A stretch of DNA of 64,000 nt from Trypanosoma brucei (Eukaryota). Shown here one piece after another: positions 62,494 through 64,000 of this stretch (within the stretch, counting starts at the first letter, position 1; each line of letters starts with the position of its first letter). Below the pieces are notes generated by a model, which was not told the origin of the DNA, ran no database searches, and saw nothing but the letters and a program-made list of their open reading frames with translations. Both the position numbers and the translations under genes were made by a program. Location: contig CP000071.1 in the NCBI GenBank assembly GCA_000002445.1, positions 1,088,001 through 1,152,000 of the forward strand. The letters run 5' to 3'.

Positions 62494-63768
62494 TCACAGC
62501 GCTGCAGTCACGCGCCAAATACGTACGATATTATCATCACCGCCCGACGCTAACAACAAACCTTCGCCACCTCGACTGTTGTCACCCCAAAGCTCGTTGG
62601 TGGAACGACTGAAAGCAACCGTGTTTACGTCCGCCTCGTGCGCGGAGGGAACCTCCGCGACAACACTCACATGAACCTCTTCGTACCCCCTTGACTGATA
62701 TACACCCAAGAGCGTTACCTTGTTATCACCACTTCCACATGCCACAATAGCTGGCGAGACATCACTACCACTTGGTGCCCAGCCCACAGAATAAATGGTA
62801 CGCTCTGCAAACCCAGAAGCAGTGCACACGGAACGAAAATTACCGTCGCCATCACGACTCCAGAAAGTAACAGTTTTGTCATCCGAGCTGCAACACACCA
62901 CTGGGCTGTACTCCAGTGCAGTGCCCTCCCTCTCTTCCTCCTCCATCTGTAATGAGTCAATGGGCTGCTCAATAGGTTGCACAGCTACTGACCAAACAGT
63001 ACCATCATGCCTTGTCAACGTCTGGTGACAGTACCAGTCGTCCCGCTTATGCGATTCCGTCCATACCTTAACGGTATTATCATACGAACAAGAAAACAGA
63101 AGAGGTTTCTCTACCCCGCCGGATGGAAAAAGCCATGCACACGCCTTAACGTCCTGCGCGTGGCCAGCCAGAACGCCAGCACATTCGAACTCTCCGACGT
63201 CGACACGGTCCCACACCCAAACAGTGCGATCACGTGAGCAAGTAGCCAGAGTGTTGTCTGTCCCCCATGCAGCACATTTGACTTCGTTTTCGTGTCCATC
63301 AAGAATAGCCTCTAACTCGAATTCAAAGCAGTTCGGATCGTCCGATACTCGTCTCCATACGCTTGCCGTACGGTCAAAGGAAGCACACGCGATAAACGTA
63401 CCGCTGGGGCTCCACGAAACGTGACGCACAGTCCGGCTATGCTCACCTTCTAAGGTATAGATACAGCTCCATGTTCCATTTTGGTCCCTTCCGTTTGGGA
63501 TCTCCTCACGACCAACATTCAACATGTAACCCCACAGTCGTACAGTTCCATCACCAGAGCAAGACGCCACAACATTAGCCGTGGGGCACCACGCCACACA
63601 CCAAATGCGGTCGGTATGGTCTCTGAGAGTGCAAACGGGCTCTACACGAAGGAGAGGTGGAGCCTCGTACGGCAGATATAAGGGCCGCATGTGGTTATCA
63701 GAGGTGCCACCGGCCCGGAGGACCCGAGCATCCACATGCTCCATCCACGAGAAATAACTAGACAACAT
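62494..63768 (-). CDS. CIA1: Cytosolic iron-sulfur assembly WD40 protein CIA1/CIAO1
   Basis: 424-aa ORF with seven WD40 blades and the CIAO1-specific blocks GHxRTVRxVSWSPSG..ASFDRTxSVW, FECxxxLxGHENEVKCAAWxxxxxLATCSRDRTVWVWD and the C-terminal LASGGDDNIVRIW. The start is possibly the internal Met (MRPLYL). Confidence 0.8.
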   Translation of the reverse strand: MLSSYFSWMEHVDARVLRAGGTSDNHMRPLYLPYEAPPLLRVEPVCTLRDHTDRIWCVAWCPTANVVASCSGDGTVRLWGYMLNVGREEIPNGRDQNGTWSCIYTLEGEHSRTVRHVSWSPSGTFIACASFDRTASVWRRVSDDPNCFEFELEAILDGHENEVKCAAWGTDNTLATCSRDRTVWVWDRVDVGEFECAGVLAGHAQDVKACAWLFPSGGVEKPLLFSCSYDNTVKVWTESHKRDDWYCHQTLTRHDGTVWSVAVQPIEQPIDSLQMEEEEREGTALEYSPVVCCSSDDKTVTFWSRDGDGNFRSVCTASGFAERTIYSVGWAPSGSDVSPAIVACGSGDNKVTLLGVYQSRGYEEVHVSVVAEVPSAHEADVNTVAFSRSTNELWGDNSRGGEGLLLASGGDDNIVRIWRVTAAL

Positions 63769-64000
63769 AATGCAAATGAGAAAGTTAAAGCGATGTGCAG
63801 AAGTAAAAGCGGGGTAAACAGTAGTTGTACGAAAATAGGGAAGAGCAGAAAATATTTAGGGAGAGAGGAGAAGGAATCCGCAAAAATTTCGCACAACATT
63901 ACCATTACCAGCACTATCACAGAATATTATTTAGTTACTTAACAAGCTGTATGATTTGTATCATTCATTCTTTGACAAAAAAAAAACGATACAAGAATTT

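Noticed and set aside
1-64000. Prokaryote-style systems (CRISPR arrays, toxin-antitoxin pairs, restriction-modification, operons, insertion sequences)
   Set aside because: There are no direct-repeat/spacer arrays, no short overlapping gene pairs, no Shine-Dalgarno context and no inverted-repeat termini. Gene structure, protein families (COPII, snoRNP, MAPK, CIAO1) and spacer composition are eukaryotic and kinetoplastid-like.

Overview
This 64 kb window looks like chromosome-internal DNA from a kinetoplastid (African-trypanosome-like) genome. All 22 credible protein-coding genes lie on the minus strand, with no strand switch, which fits a single polycistronic transcription unit read from high to low coordinates. 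Genes are separated by 1-3.6 kb low-complexity spacers that contain (TA)n and (CA)n microsatellites and homopolymer tracts. No prokaryotic hallmarks (CRISPR, operons, Shine-Dalgarno, mobile-element termini) and no convincing tRNA or rRNA genes are visible.

Genes recognised from protein motifs:
- two tandem copies of a 641-aa multi-pass transporter, tentatively folate/biopterin-transporter family, flanking an MPN-domain gene
- a Sec23 COPII subunit with a long Q/Y/G/N-rich N-terminal extension
- a BRCT-domain protein
- mitochondrial NADP-isocitrate dehydrogenase
- a 1486-aa S/R-rich orphan protein
- a DEDDh (REX-type) exonuclease
- a PCD/DCoH-like protein with its catalytic histidines replaced
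- a Nop56/58 box C/D snoRNP protein
- a MAPK-like kinase with three unusual catalytic motifs (HRDLHPGN, DFN, T-H-Y)
- a MORN-repeat protein and an LRR protein
- a GDA1/CD39 NTPDase
- a DEAD-box helicase
- a PSP1-C-domain protein
- a CIA1/CIAO1 WD40 protein

From memory, the gene order (tandem transporters, Sec23, IDH) resembles a Trypanosoma brucei chromosome 8 region. I cannot verify this without a database search.

Nothing here looks like a self-contained novel system of the prokaryotic-island kind. The most interesting signals are the mosaic (gene-conversion-like) tandem transporter duplication, the apparent pseudo-enzymes (PCD-like, MAPK-like), the Sec23 low-complexity extension, and two unusually long (about 3.6 kb) gene-free spacers.
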